32,000 bases of DNA from an uncultured bacterium. GTDB taxonomy: Bacteria; Margulisbacteria; WOR-1; CAVSGV01. Shown one piece after another: positions 8,616-18,877 of this stretch; the stretch's first letter is position 1; each line of letters starts with the position of its first letter. The DNA is taken from NCBI GenBank assembly GCA_963699255.1, contig OY969425.1, forward strand, positions 510,001 to 542,000, given 5' to 3'. Made by a program: the position numbers and the translations under genes. The notes beneath the pieces were generated by a model, which had not been told where the DNA came from, did not search any database, and saw nothing but the letters and a program-made list of their open reading frames with translations.

Positions 8616-8966
8616 CTAATCCACCATAACAACGGCGGTCGCGTATTTCAAGCTGTGAGAAAGACTGACCATGGCTTTCTTTTTCAGTTTTTGTTTGATA
8701 TATATGCGGGGTCTTCCCTGACTGTTATTTATTACCTCTATCTCTTTCCAGTGAATGCCTCTAATGCCCGTACCTATCGCCTTCGAATAGGCCTCCTTGG
8801 CTGCGAACCTTGCGGCAAGCTCCGGGAATTTAAGCGCTTTTTTCTTCGTGCAGTAATCGATCTCTCTTGCTGTGAAGATCCTGTTGAGGAATGTGTCCTG
8901 GAACTGTTTTACAGCCGACTTAACCCTTTGGATCTCAATTATGTCTATGCCTATGCCTTTTTGCAC
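8616..8966 (-). CDS. acpS: holo-[acyl-carrier-protein] synthase
   Basis: 116 aa with the N-terminal 'GIGIDIIEIQRV' AcpS signature. GTG is the only possible start upstream of that motif. Confidence 0.85.
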   Translation of the reverse strand: MQKGIGIDIIEIQRVKSAVKQFQDTFLNRIFTAREIDYCTKKKALKFPELAARFAAKEAYSKAIGTGIRGIHWKEIEVINNSQGRPRIYIKQKLKKKAMVSLSHSLKYATAVVMVD

Positions 8967-8968
8967 AG

Positions 8969-9880
8969 CTAGAAGACCGGCGTTAACCAGACTTTGAATT
9001 TTGGATTATTGCCCTTCACGGCATCAAAATAAAGTTTCTGCAGCTTTTTTGTGACATCCCCTACTTTGCCGTTGCCCACGGGCCTCCTGTCCACTTCCGT
9101 CACTGCACAAACTCCCGCGGCCGTGCCTGTAAAGAATACCTCGTCCGCGATATAAAGTTCCGTTCTATCGAGGGGCCGCTCTACCAGCGGTATCTTAAGC
9201 TCGTCTTCGATCAGGGTAATAAGAGATTCCCTTGTGATCCCCTCCAGTATGTCATGATGCAGGGGAGGAGTGATTATCTCGTCTTTTCTGATGATAAAGA
9301 TATTCTCGCCGGGGCCCTCAGCAACATGCCCGTCGGAAGACAGCATGATTGCCTCGTCATAACCGTTCATTTTCGCTTCAGCGCTGGCAAGAGAGGAATT
9401 CACATACACTCCCGTGATCTTTGCGCGCGCCGGTATCATGTTGTCATTGATCCTGTTCCAGGTGGATACGCAGGCCCTTATCCCCTTTTCCAGGTCAAGA
9501 TATTCGCCGTAAGGGGATAAATAGATAAGAAAGTCGTCTTCCAGGCCGATCAGGCCAAGCCCGATCTTTTCGGAAGATTTATACGCTATCGGCCTTATGT
9601 AGATATCTTCCTTATAACCGTTCCTTTTTGCAAGCTCCACGGTCAGGTCGCATAGTTCATCCAAGCTCAGCTTTGGCTTGATCATCAGTATCCTGCATGA
9701 CCTTAGCAACCTCTCGTAATGCTCCTTCAGCTTCACGATATAAAGCTGTTTCTGACCGGCGTTCCAGTATCCGCGGATGCCCTCGAACACACCTGTGCCG
9801 TAATTGAACGCGTGGGTCATTACGCCGATCTTTGCATCCTTGAAAGGTACGAATTTGCCTTGTAAATATACTTCTTTCAT
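8969..9880 (-). CDS. ilvE: branched-chain amino acid aminotransferase
   Basis: 303 aa with class IV aminotransferase features (FEGIRGY, KLKEHYERL, GITRESLI). Confidence 0.85.
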   Translation of the reverse strand: MKEVYLQGKFVPFKDAKIGVMTHAFNYGTGVFEGIRGYWNAGQKQLYIVKLKEHYERLLRSCRILMIKPKLSLDELCDLTVELAKRNGYKEDIYIRPIAYKSSEKIGLGLIGLEDDFLIYLSPYGEYLDLEKGIRACVSTWNRINDNMIPARAKITGVYVNSSLASAEAKMNGYDEAIMLSSDGHVAEGPGENIFIIRKDEIITPPLHHDILEGITRESLITLIEDELKIPLVERPLDRTELYIADEVFFTGTAAGVCAVTEVDRRPVGNGKVGDVTKKLQKLYFDAVKGNNPKFKVWLTPVF

Positions 9881-9895
9881 ATAGCGCCTCGCATT

Positions 9896-11467
9896 CTACA
9901 TATGTTCAGGAGCCGTTATTCCCAATAATTTTAACACATTCCTCAGGACTATAGAAGTGGATTTAGCCAAAGTAAGCCTTGCCTTGGAGAGTTCAATGTT
10001 CCCCGATATCACTCTGCACTGATGGTAATAATTATGGAATATCTGGGCCAGGGATTCGGCGTAACCTGTCAGCCTGTGGGGCTGCATGAAGACAGCGGCG
10101 CTGGCAACTTCATCCTCGTATTTCAGGAGCTTTAACATGAGTTTTCTCTCCGAAGCGGTGTTCAAAAGCGCCAGATCGGAGGATCCGGGGGAGAGACCCG
10201 CCTTTTTCGCTTCATTCAATATGCTGCAGATCCTCGCGTGGGCATAGCTTACATAATAAACGGGGTTCTCGAGCGATTTTGACTTGGCAAGCTCAAGATC
10301 AAAATCCAGATGAGTGCTGGCGCTGTTCCTGACAAGAAAATATCTTGTGGCGGGAGCGCCGATCTCATCTATTACCTCCTGGAGGGTGATCATTTCACCG
10401 GTCCGCTTGCTCATCCTGATAAGTTCTTTCCCTCTGTATAAGGCCACAAGCTGGCCTATGATTATTTCAAGTTTTTCAGCGGGATAACCAAGAGCGGTAA
10501 CAGCGGCCCTCAACCTTGCCACGTATCCATGGTGGTCCGTACCCCAGACATTGATTATCTTGTCATATCCACGGTCGAATTTGTTGACATGGTAAGCTAT
10601 GTCCGCGGCAAAATATGTCGACTGGCCGTCCTCTTTTATCAAAACCCTGTTCTTGTCGTCCCCATACTGGCTCGACTTGAACCATAAAGTTGAACCCTCA
10701 TAAAATGTAAGCCCTTTGTCTTCAAGCCGTTTAATGCATTTTTTTACAAGCTCCTTCTTGTGAAGCTCATGCTCATAGAACCATTTGCCGAAGCTTACGC
10801 CGAGATCATTCAGGGTCTTTTGTTGCGCATGAAGTATGGATCTCAAGGCTTCTTCCTTGATGCGATTTTTATCCCTTATCTGATCAGCAAGTTCATAAAT
10901 ATACTGGCCGGCGTACCCTCCATCCGGAACCGCCCTGCCCTCCATCCTCGCTTTTACGGATTCAACCAGAGAGTTGATCTGTTCTCCAACATCATTCACA
11001 TAATATTCCTTATCAACTGAATATCCGCATGCTTTCAGGACATTTGCGAGCGAATCCCCTATAACAGCCCATCTGCCGTGGCCTATATGAAGAGGGCCGG
11101 TAGGATTAGCGCTGACGAACTCAAGCAGCACCTTTTTATGGCTGCCTGCATTTGAGCATCCGTACCTTTCACCTTTCTTTAAAATGGCGGCAAGATTATT
11201 TTCCAGCGTTGTGCCATTGATCCTGAGGTTAATGAAGCCCTGAGGTGTTGCTTCAATGCTCGCGAACATTTTTCCCTTATCGACCTTCTTCATGCCCGAA
11301 ACGATCTCATTCGCGGTATCAAAAGGCGCGGCGCCGTTCTGCTTGGAGGCTATGATCGCTATGTTCGTGGAATAATCGCCGTATCGTTCGTTCTTGGGGG
11401 ATTCTATTTCAATATCAAGTGTCGTGGAAATAACATTTTTTATTAGTGTCTTGATTTGTTGTTGCAT
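9896..11467 (-). CDS. argS: arginine--tRNA ligase
   Basis: 523 aa. Class I HIGH motif 'SANPTGPLHIGHGR', 'MSKRTG' (KMSK-type), and an ArgS anticodon-binding C-terminus. Confidence 0.95.
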   Translation of the reverse strand: MQQQIKTLIKNVISTTLDIEIESPKNERYGDYSTNIAIIASKQNGAAPFDTANEIVSGMKKVDKGKMFASIEATPQGFINLRINGTTLENNLAAILKKGERYGCSNAGSHKKVLLEFVSANPTGPLHIGHGRWAVIGDSLANVLKACGYSVDKEYYVNDVGEQINSLVESVKARMEGRAVPDGGYAGQYIYELADQIRDKNRIKEEALRSILHAQQKTLNDLGVSFGKWFYEHELHKKELVKKCIKRLEDKGLTFYEGSTLWFKSSQYGDDKNRVLIKEDGQSTYFAADIAYHVNKFDRGYDKIINVWGTDHHGYVARLRAAVTALGYPAEKLEIIIGQLVALYRGKELIRMSKRTGEMITLQEVIDEIGAPATRYFLVRNSASTHLDFDLELAKSKSLENPVYYVSYAHARICSILNEAKKAGLSPGSSDLALLNTASERKLMLKLLKYEDEVASAAVFMQPHRLTGYAESLAQIFHNYYHQCRVISGNIELSKARLTLAKSTSIVLRNVLKLLGITAPEHM

Positions 11468-11472
11468 GTCTA

Positions 11473-13404
11473 TCAGTAGCTGTCAAAATCTTTAAGGTTG
11501 TTTATTTTTTGGATCGCGAACGGCGTTTTGGACAGGACATCCGCCGCTTCAGACCTTGTCAGCACCCTCTTAGGTTCAAATGGCTTATCACCAAGGAACT
11601 GCAGCATTCCGGCGCTCCTCGCCGCTGAAATGCTCAGGGCGGCCCAATGCCTGCCTGGTACATCCGGATAAGGTTGTTCAAGCAGTGTCTCCGGAAGTTT
11701 TAAACCGGCAAATCTTGTAAGCAACATCACTCCTTCCGCCCTGTTCAGCGGCTGCGCGGGCCTGAAAGTTTTATCGGGATATCCCAAAACAATGCCGGTT
11801 TCGGATGCGGTTTTGACATAGAAAGAAGCCCAGTGTTTGTGCGTTACATCGGAAAACATCGTATCAATTGATTCAGGGGTCGTCGTAAGGTTCGTCTTGA
11901 CAAGAAGTGTCGTAAGCTCGGCTCTCGTGATAGTTTTGTCCGGTTTGAAGGTCCCGTCCGGATATCCGCCTATGACCCCAAGGGTCGCAAGCAGCTCGAC
12001 CTGATCTTTTGCCCAGTAGCCATCGGGAACATCCTTGAATTGCATTAATCTTAGTATCCTGACCTCTTGTGACGCAAGCTCCAGATCATTGATGTCATAA
12101 ACCTTAAGCACAAAAGCATTCTTGCCGATGAGCAGCGGGTAAGCCGCTTCAAATGTGCCGTCCTGAGAAAAAGAGACATTGGCATCATTAATGGTCAATC
12201 TGCTTACATCCTGAAGGTCCAATATTTTACCCGTGACGACCGCGCTCTCTTCGTACGTGATCGATCTATCCTGCGGAGATATCACTTGCAGATAGTCTTT
12301 TTTGACCGGAGGCGGCGGAGGCAGCGGCACCTCAACAGGGGGTGAATATGACACAGAGAGATAACTGGTGTCATTGTCCGACAAAGTGTATTTATGATAG
12401 GCGTAATCGAATTTAAAACCGTTGTATTGTATCCCGACACCGGCGCACAAATTAGTTTCTACGTTGTATCCGATCGACGATGTATCCCGACCGATGGCAT
12501 CCTGATCAAACCCTGTCCGTATGGACAGAAAACTGATCGGCTGCCATTCGACACCCGTGCGAACAAGAGTAGGATAGTTGGCTTGTTCAGGCGAATAATC
12601 CAGATCAAGTAAATATACCAGAGGTTGAGAATTCCCGTACATAGAATCGTCCCCAAAAACCTTCATGGCCATGCCAAGCTTTGTTGTCGTCGGGAGCTCC
12701 TGTACCGTTCCGGAATTAGATGTCAGCTTGCCTCCCATACTGGCCGGCAGAGCATCTACCTGGTTCCACCCCAAAGAAAGCCAGGGCAAGGGCTTATACA
12801 TCACAGCCAGGTCCATGTCCATTCCCGACGATAGCCCTTCGCTGATACCGCCGCCCGAAAGACCCTGTGAAAATATTTTGATTGTTGCGCCCAACGAAAC
12901 CTTATCCAACCAGCCGTAACTCAGGAACCTCTTTGCCTCGCTGCCGTAAGAAAGAAGTATCACGGAGCTTGTATAGTCGATGGTCTCTCCCGCGAGAACA
13001 GGGATGATAATGTCCCCGGGCCCTTCACCCAGTTCCAGTGTCGTAACGAAACTGCCGCTTAAAGTCGCGCCAACATAACCAAGGCCGAACGTTCCATAAT
13101 CCGTGTTGTATGTTCCCGCAACTGAGACATAATTGATCACATTTAAAAGCTGAGTGGTCATGCTTTGCACCTGCCATGTTTTAAGGTCAGCAAGCCCGGC
13201 GGGGTTCATGAATACATCGTTGACATCATCAGAAAGCCCGACAAATGAGCCTCCCATTCCTATGACCCTTGCGCCGGTACCGATAAGCGTGGGATCTGCG
13301 GTTGTTTTTACGTAATCGGCGCTGCTGGAATATGATGAAATAAGCGTAACAGACAACAGAATGAAAATTAAAAGGCCTGTTTTTTTAAGTATAACCTTTA
13401 TCAT
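11473..13404 (-). CDS. outer-membrane beta-barrel (FadL/PorV-like) protein with three C-terminal SLH domains
   Basis: 643 aa with a signal peptide. 'GARVIGMGGSFVGLSDDVNDVFMNPAGLADL' resembles the N-terminal motif of FadL/OMPP1/PorV-type barrels. The amphipathic beta pattern runs to about residue 355, followed by the Pro linker 'PPVEVPLPPPPPVKK' and a ~85-aa beta-rich domain. Three SLH repeats follow: FKDVPDGYWAKDQVE..., FSDVTHKHWASFYVK..., YPDVPGRHWAALSIS.... Confidence 0.75.
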   Translation of the reverse strand: MIKVILKKTGLLIFILLSVTLISSYSSSADYVKTTADPTLIGTGARVIGMGGSFVGLSDDVNDVFMNPAGLADLKTWQVQSMTTQLLNVINYVSVAGTYNTDYGTFGLGYVGATLSGSFVTTLELGEGPGDIIIPVLAGETIDYTSSVILLSYGSEAKRFLSYGWLDKVSLGATIKIFSQGLSGGGISEGLSSGMDMDLAVMYKPLPWLSLGWNQVDALPASMGGKLTSNSGTVQELPTTTKLGMAMKVFGDDSMYGNSQPLVYLLDLDYSPEQANYPTLVRTGVEWQPISFLSIRTGFDQDAIGRDTSSIGYNVETNLCAGVGIQYNGFKFDYAYHKYTLSDNDTSYLSVSYSPPVEVPLPPPPPVKKDYLQVISPQDRSITYEESAVVTGKILDLQDVSRLTINDANVSFSQDGTFEAAYPLLIGKNAFVLKVYDINDLELASQEVRILRLMQFKDVPDGYWAKDQVELLATLGVIGGYPDGTFKPDKTITRAELTTLLVKTNLTTTPESIDTMFSDVTHKHWASFYVKTASETGIVLGYPDKTFRPAQPLNRAEGVMLLTRFAGLKLPETLLEQPYPDVPGRHWAALSISAARSAGMLQFLGDKPFEPKRVLTRSEAADVLSKTPFAIQKINNLKDFDSY

Positions 13405-13456
13405 TCAATCCGCCTTTACTGTTCTCTTCGTCCGAATGCCGTAATTATACTGCTTA

Positions 13457-14302
13457 TTATCGAAAACTCGGATAAGAGCCGAGCATCTTAAAGAACGAAG
13501 CTTTTGTCTTAACTTTGGTCAGAGCTTGCGAGACGACCTTATCCGTACGGTGGCCCTGCATATCGATGAAGAAGAAGTAATCCCCCAGCGTTCTTTTTGT
13601 GGGCCGCGATTCGATCTTTGTCAGGTTCAGGTCCCTGTTCGCGAATTCACCGAGTATATCATGCAGCCCTCCCGGCCTGTCCTTTAAGATGGAGAACACG
13701 ATAGATGTCTTATCATATCCGGTCCGTGCGTGATCGTTTTTTGCGAGCACAACGAACCTTGTAGCGTTGTCCGGATAATCGTTAATATTTGAATCGATTA
13801 TTGAAAGACCGTAAAGTTTCGCTGACGTTCTTGAGGCGATCGCCGCGGGCATATTCAAACCTTTTACGACCTCGGCTTCTCCGACCTGTCTTGCCGCGTC
13901 AGCGGTGCTGAAAGCGAACCGTATTTTTGCCTTTGGAAGTTTTTTTCTCAGGTATTGCTTGCACTGGTCAATGACCGGCGGATAGGAAATGACCTCCGTA
14001 ATTTTACGCGGCGCAACTTTGACCTTAGCCATAAGATATTGGCGGACCGGAATGACTATTTCCTGCTTGATCTTAAGGTCCACTTCGTTCACAAGAGCAT
14101 CTATTACAAGCCCGATGGTGCCTTCGGCAGAGTTCTCTATTGGAGTAATGCCTTCATCTATCTTTCCTTTATCGACATCAATAAGAAGGTCATGTATAGT
14201 TGAATACGGAATGAACTTGGCGCCGCCGATCTTCTTTTGATATATCGCGCTTGCTTCTTCTGAAAACGTGCCTTCCGGCCCCAGATATCCTATTTTCAGC
14301 AT
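13457..14302 (-). CDS. pheA: prephenate dehydratase (PDT + ACT domains)
   Basis: 281 aa. N-terminal 'IGYLGPEGTFSE', 'TRFVVL', and 'ESRP' in the ACT region. Confidence 0.85.
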   Translation of the reverse strand: MLKIGYLGPEGTFSEEASAIYQKKIGGAKFIPYSTIHDLLIDVDKGKIDEGITPIENSAEGTIGLVIDALVNEVDLKIKQEIVIPVRQYLMAKVKVAPRKITEVISYPPVIDQCKQYLRKKLPKAKIRFAFSTADAARQVGEAEVVKGLNMPAAIASRTSAKLYGLSIIDSNINDYPDNATRFVVLAKNDHARTGYDKTSIVFSILKDRPGGLHDILGEFANRDLNLTKIESRPTKRTLGDYFFFIDMQGHRTDKVVSQALTKVKTKASFFKMLGSYPSFR

Positions 14303-14312
14303 GATTATCTCC

Positions 14313-14768
14313 TTATTCCCTTCCGCGGGTCACGAGCCGCACAACTTTCATCCCGGATTCCTTGAGCATTTGTCTTGCCAGTTTATCGGGGTAAGGGCCC
14401 TCATAAACAAGCTTCTTTATGCCCGCATTTATCATCATTTTAACACATATTATGCAGGGTTGATAAGTGGAATATATCGTGGCACCCTCGATCTTAACGC
14501 CGTGCAGCGCGGCCTGAATTATGGCATTCTGTTCAGCGTGAAGCCCCCTGCAAAGCTCGTGGCGCTGGCCGGAAGGCACGTTCAGTTCCTTCCTTAAACA
14601 GCCTGTTTCACTGCAGTGTTTCAGCTTTTTAGGGGCGCCGTTGTATCCCGTGGATAACACCCTGGACTCTTTGACTATTATCGCCCCGACTTTTCTTTTT
14701 AGACAGGTCGATCTGACAGCTACGTCTTTCGTGATCTTCATGAAGTAATCATCCCATGAAGGGCGCAT
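14313..14768 (-). CDS. deoxycytidylate (dCMP) deaminase
   Basis: 151 aa. Zinc-binding 'HAEQNAI' and '[19 protein letters not shown]' motifs of the CMP/dCMP deaminase family. Confidence 0.85.
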   Translation of the reverse strand: MRPSWDDYFMKITKDVAVRSTCLKRKVGAIIVKESRVLSTGYNGAPKKLKHCSETGCLRKELNVPSGQRHELCRGLHAEQNAIIQAALHGVKIEGATIYSTYQPCIICVKMMINAGIKKLVYEGPYPDKLARQMLKESGMKVVRLVTRGRE

Positions 14769-14770
14769 TG

Positions 14771-15715
14771 TTATTTCCTCTTGAGGACGTTGTGGGCTGC
14801 CGAGAAGATATCTTTTGCGGTCAGGCCGTACTTTTCAAGGAGTTCATCGGGCTTTCCTGATTCTCCGAACATGTCTTTCATTCCGACCCTTGCCATCGGG
14901 ACCGGCTTGTTTTCAACAAGGACCTCCGACACCGCGCCGCCAAGTCCGCCGATTATGGAATGTTCCTCGGCGGTTACGATCGCCCCCGTCTCCGCGGCAC
15001 ACCTGATGATAAGCTCCCTGTCCAGAGGTTTTACTGTATGCATATCCACAACTCTCGCGTTAATACCTTCTTTGGACAGCTCCCGGGCGGCCATAAGCCC
15101 CTGATAGACCATGATCCCTGTCGCAATGATAGTAATGTCACTGCCCGGTTTCATCACTACCCCCTTTCCTATCCTGAAGTCATAATTTCCGTTGCCGTGC
15201 ACGACCGGAGAGGCCAGTCTTGAAAGCCTGACGTATGAAGGGCCGTATTCTTTAACCAGGCTTTTTATGACGTTCACGGTTTCAACGGCATCCGCCGGGA
15301 CAATTACCGTCATGTTGGGGATGACCCTCATTATAGCGATGTCTTCATTCGCCTGATGGGTAGCTCCGTCTTCACCTGTGGTGATGCCACCGTGCGTGAC
15401 GACCAGCTTAACGTTCAGTCTCGTGTAAGCCATTGAGACCCTTACCTGATCCCATGCGCGACCAGAGCCGAAGACGGCAAAAGTGCTTGCGAAAACTATT
15501 TTCCCGCAGGCCGCGAACCCGGCAGCGGTGCTTATCATGTCCTGTTCCGCCACTCCCATATCGAAGAACCTGTCGGGGAATTCCTTTGCGAACAAGCTTG
15601 TTTTTGTCGAGGCGGAAAGATCGGCATCCAGAACGACTATGTCTTTGTGGGCCTTCCCCAGTTCAACCAGGGTCTTTCCGTAAGCATCCCTTGTCGATGC
15701 GAGCGTTACTGTCAT
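14771..15715 (-). CDS. transketolase, C-terminal (pyrimidine-binding) subunit
   Basis: 314 aa, with the split-transketolase subunit pattern ([26 protein letters not shown]). The start overlaps the upstream stop (TAATG). Confidence 0.9.
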   Translation of the reverse strand: MTVTLASTRDAYGKTLVELGKAHKDIVVLDADLSASTKTSLFAKEFPDRFFDMGVAEQDMISTAAGFAACGKIVFASTFAVFGSGRAWDQVRVSMAYTRLNVKLVVTHGGITTGEDGATHQANEDIAIMRVIPNMTVIVPADAVETVNVIKSLVKEYGPSYVRLSRLASPVVHGNGNYDFRIGKGVVMKPGSDITIIATGIMVYQGLMAARELSKEGINARVVDMHTVKPLDRELIIRCAAETGAIVTAEEHSIIGGLGGAVSEVLVENKPVPMARVGMKDMFGESGKPDELLEKYGLTAKDIFSAAHNVLKRK

Positions 15716-16542
15716 TAGATAAGTTCCTCCAAAGCTTTGATTACTTCCTCCCTGGTAGGCGCCTTGCCGTGAAAGTCCTTGGGGTTGTTTTCCATGAAAG
15801 AAACCCCTTTTCCCTTCACTGTTTCCGCGATTATTATCGTCGGCCGCCCTTTGGCGCCGGTCGCGTCATCAAGAGCTTTGATGATCGACTTTATGTCGTG
15901 GCCGTTCACGCCATCTATCACGTTGAACCTGAAAGCCCGCCATTTGTCCGCGATCGGCTGTATGCCCTTTACATCTTCCACCTTTCCGTCGATCTGATAC
16001 TTATTGTGATCAAGTATGACCGTAAGATTATCAAGTTTGTAATGACCCGAGGTCATGGCCGCCTCCCAGATCTGTCCCTCCTGGGATTCGCCATCCCCTA
16101 TCACCACATAAACCCTGTAGTTCTTATTGTCCATTCTTCCCGCAAGAGCCATCCCATTGGCCGCAGACAATCCCTGGCCCAGAGAGCCCGTCGACATCTC
16201 AATTCCGGGAAGACTTATCATGTCCACGTGACCCTGCAGTGAGCTGCCGATCTGTCTTAATGTTTTAAGGTAGCTTTTCGGGAAATAACCGGCTTCGGCC
16301 AGCACGGAATAAAGCACCGGAGCGGCATGGCCTTTTGAAAGCACGAACCTGTCCCTGTCCTCCCATTTCGGGTTTTTAGGGTCGATCCTTAACTTATGGA
16401 AATAAAGAACAGTCAATATGTCAGCAGCCGAGAGGCTCCCGCCCGGATGGCCGGACCCGCATCGGCCGATCATCTCGACGATGTGGCGTCTGATAACTTT
16501 TGCTTTTCCTTCCAGCTCTTTTATTTTTTCTGATGTGACCAT
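15715..16542 (-). CDS. transketolase, N-terminal (TPP-binding) subunit
   Basis: 275 aa. 'GSGHPGGSLS', 'LSKGHAAP' and 'GDGESQEGQIWEA' are TPP-binding motifs. Confidence 0.9.
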   Translation of the reverse strand: MVTSEKIKELEGKAKVIRRHIVEMIGRCGSGHPGGSLSAADILTVLYFHKLRIDPKNPKWEDRDRFVLSKGHAAPVLYSVLAEAGYFPKSYLKTLRQIGSSLQGHVDMISLPGIEMSTGSLGQGLSAANGMALAGRMDNKNYRVYVVIGDGESQEGQIWEAAMTSGHYKLDNLTVILDHNKYQIDGKVEDVKGIQPIADKWRAFRFNVIDGVNGHDIKSIIKALDDATGAKGRPTIIIAETVKGKGVSFMENNPKDFHGKAPTREEVIKALEELI

Positions 16543-16551
16543 TTATTATCC

Positions 16552-17466
16552 TCAGAATAACATGTTAAGTTTACCGCTGTCAACGAGTTCAAGCTCCAGC
16601 TTGACCTTGAATTTTTCTTTTACAGTGTTTTTTACCTTGCGGATCAACGCATTCACGTCCGAGGACCTGGCGTCGCCAAGATTGATGATGAAATTCGCGT
16701 GTTTTTTCGAGACCTCAGCGCCCCCCACCCTCAAGCCTTTGCACCCCGCCATATCGATCAGTTTGCCGGCCGGCACATCCTTCGGGTTCTTGAAGATGGA
16801 CCCTGCGCTTGGCACGGATATCGGCTGAAGCTCTTTTCGTTTGGATAAGATCTCATCGATCCTTTTCTTGATGATGTTCTTTTGCCTGTAGCCAAGCTTC
16901 AGCTTGGCCGAGGTGAGAATGCAGTTTCTGATATTGCTTTTCCTGTAAGAGAACTTCAGTTCGGACCTTGACAGCACCCTTAACCTGCCCGTCGTCTCCA
17001 GGATTTCCACAGATTCAACAATATCCCCCATCTCCTCCCCGAAAGCACCCATGTTCATAACGACCGCACCGCCGACCGCCGCAGGCACCCACGCGGAAAA
17101 TTCAAGGCCCGAAAGCCCGCAGTCCGCAAGCTTTCTGATGAGCGTCTGGATCAGCGTTCCGCCTCCGGCCGTCACGGTCCTGCCCTGGCAGTCAAAATCG
17201 TTGAGCCCTCCGGATATTTTTATAACAACGCCTCTGAGCCCCGCGTCAGAAATGAGGAGGTTCGATCCATTGCCGATAACGTATTTTTTTATGCCCTCCG
17301 TTCTGTGAAGAACTTCCCGCAAGGTTTCCACATCTTTTGGTACGACCAGAATGTCAGCAGGCCCGCCGATCTTCAGCGTGGTGTGTCGGCTGAGAGGCTC
17401 GTTCTTGAATACCTTTGCCGAGCTTATCTTGTTCAGTTCCTTATATATATCCTTATAATCAGGCAT
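16552..17466 (-). CDS. murB: UDP-N-acetylenolpyruvoylglucosamine reductase
   Basis: 304 aa. 'LSRHTTLKIGGPADILVVP' and 'GNGSNLL' mark the FAD-binding domain, and 'AGSIFKNP' the MurB C-terminal region. Confidence 0.9.
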   Translation of the reverse strand: MPDYKDIYKELNKISSAKVFKNEPLSRHTTLKIGGPADILVVPKDVETLREVLHRTEGIKKYVIGNGSNLLISDAGLRGVVIKISGGLNDFDCQGRTVTAGGGTLIQTLIRKLADCGLSGLEFSAWVPAAVGGAVVMNMGAFGEEMGDIVESVEILETTGRLRVLSRSELKFSYRKSNIRNCILTSAKLKLGYRQKNIIKKRIDEILSKRKELQPISVPSAGSIFKNPKDVPAGKLIDMAGCKGLRVGGAEVSKKHANFIINLGDARSSDVNALIRKVKNTVKEKFKVKLELELVDSGKLNMLF

Positions 17467-18877
17467 TTTCTTTTAACCTGCTGAATATTTCTTTCCCGAC
17501 ATTATTGATATCTCCCGCGCCCATTGTTATTATGATGTCCCTTGGATGGGCAATGCCAATGACATAGTTCGCGATCTGCTCCTTTTTCTTCATATAAACA
17601 GCGTCCTTTGAGCGCTTTTTGACCTCATTAAATATGGTCTCCCCGGAAATACCGGCTATCGGCGCTTCTCCCGCGCTGTAAACATCGGATATTATCGTTA
17701 TGTCAGCATTGCCGAAAGCTTCCCCGAATTCCCCGTAAAAATGCATGGTCCTTGTGAACCTGTGCGGCTGGAAGATACAGATTATCCTTCTGTCCGGGTA
17801 TCTTAGTCTCGCGCCCTCAAGTGTCCTTGCAACTTCGGTCGGGTGATGCCCGTAATCATCCACGATAATTATGTCGTTGATCTCTCCTATAACCTGAAAT
17901 CGCCTTTTTGCCCCGGTGAAAGACTGCAGACCGCTGCACACCTCGGAAAAGTCGCAGCTCAGGGAGGAAGCAACGGCGATCGTTGCAAGCGCATTTTCTA
18001 TGTTATGACTTCCCGGCACCGAGAGCGTAACCTCTCCCAATTCTTTATCGCCTTTATAGGCGTCAAACTTTGTCATCCGTTCGCCAAATTTGAAGTTATC
18101 GGCCCGAAAGTCAGTTTTAGCCGACACACCATAGGAAATAACCTTTTTATTCGTGATGTTCTTTTTGACGGCGTCTACGCCCGCGCCTTCACCCATCACG
18201 ACCAAACCGTCATCCGGCACCAGCTGCGCAAATCCAGTAAAAGCCTCCACGACCTTATTGAAGGAACCGTAATGCTCCATGTGATCAGCTTCAACATTCG
18301 TTATCACTGCGATCGTCGGGTGAAGGGTCAGGAAAGAAGCGTCGCTTTCATCGGCTTCGGCAACAACATACGGCCCTGTCCCCAGTCTTGCATTGCCGTC
18401 GACATCATTCGCTTCTCCTCCGATAAGGAACGTGGGATCTTTTCCGCAACTGGCGAGCACAGCCGCGATCATCGATGTTGTCGTGGTCTTCCCGTGCGTG
18501 CCGGCAACGGCGATCCGCACCTTGAACTGGTCCATTATCCATGAAAGCATGACAGCCCTTTTCACTGTCGGTATGCCGGATGATATGGACTCATTAACCT
18601 CCGCGTTGCCGACCGGTATCGCCGAGGAAATAACGGTCAGGTCGGCGCCCCTGACATTAGTTCTTTCATGGCCAATATAAACATGAACCCCCAGCTCCCT
18701 GAGTCTTATGGTATTCGCGGACTCCTTTATGTCCGATCCTGTCACCTTGTAGCCCATTTTTACGAGTATCTTGGCTATAGCGCTCATGCCGCATCCGCCG
18801 ATGCCGACGAAATGCACCGTTTTTATCTTATTCATGTCAGGGCTACTTGTTAGCGCGTTTTTTTCTTTTTTTTGCAT
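17459..18877 (-). CDS. murC: UDP-N-acetylmuramate--L-alanine ligase
   Basis: 472 aa with 'HFVGIGGCGMSAIA' and 'AGTHGKTTTTSM'. A second ATG at 18835 (MNKIKTVHF...) would remove the 35-nt overlap with murG, so the start is uncertain. Confidence 0.9.
   Translation of the reverse strand: MQKKEKNALTSSPDMNKIKTVHFVGIGGCGMSAIAKILVKMGYKVTGSDIKESANTIRLRELGVHVYIGHERTNVRGADLTVISSAIPVGNAEVNESISSGIPTVKRAVMLSWIMDQFKVRIAVAGTHGKTTTTSMIAAVLASCGKDPTFLIGGEANDVDGNARLGTGPYVVAEADESDASFLTLHPTIAVITNVEADHMEHYGSFNKVVEAFTGFAQLVPDDGLVVMGEGAGVDAVKKNITNKKVISYGVSAKTDFRADNFKFGERMTKFDAYKGDKELGEVTLSVPGSHNIENALATIAVASSLSCDFSEVCSGLQSFTGAKRRFQVIGEINDIIIVDDYGHHPTEVARTLEGARLRYPDRRIICIFQPHRFTRTMHFYGEFGEAFGNADITIISDVYSAGEAPIAGISGETIFNEVKKRSKDAVYMKKKEQIANYVIGIAHPRDIIITMGAGDINNVGKEIFSRLKENA

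Noticed and set aside
13444-13483. A TATAAT box (minus strand, 13449-13444) and a ctcgg/ccgag hairpin plus TTTT at the pheA 3' end, considered as an internal promoter/terminator pair ahead of the SLH gene.
   Set aside because: The hairpin stem is only 5 bp and lies inside the last pheA codons. No acceptable -35 is present at 16-18 nt. This is too weak to annotate.
15433-16242. 269-aa plus-strand ORF, plus similar long plus-strand ORFs at 17843..18544, 28454..29194, 27839..28369, 6564..7049, 4139..4510 and 21596..21958.
   Set aside because: All lie antisense to well-supported minus-strand genes with clear family motifs. Their translations are Arg/Ser/Pro-rich and low-complexity, with no recognisable motifs and no RBS. 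They are shadow ORFs.
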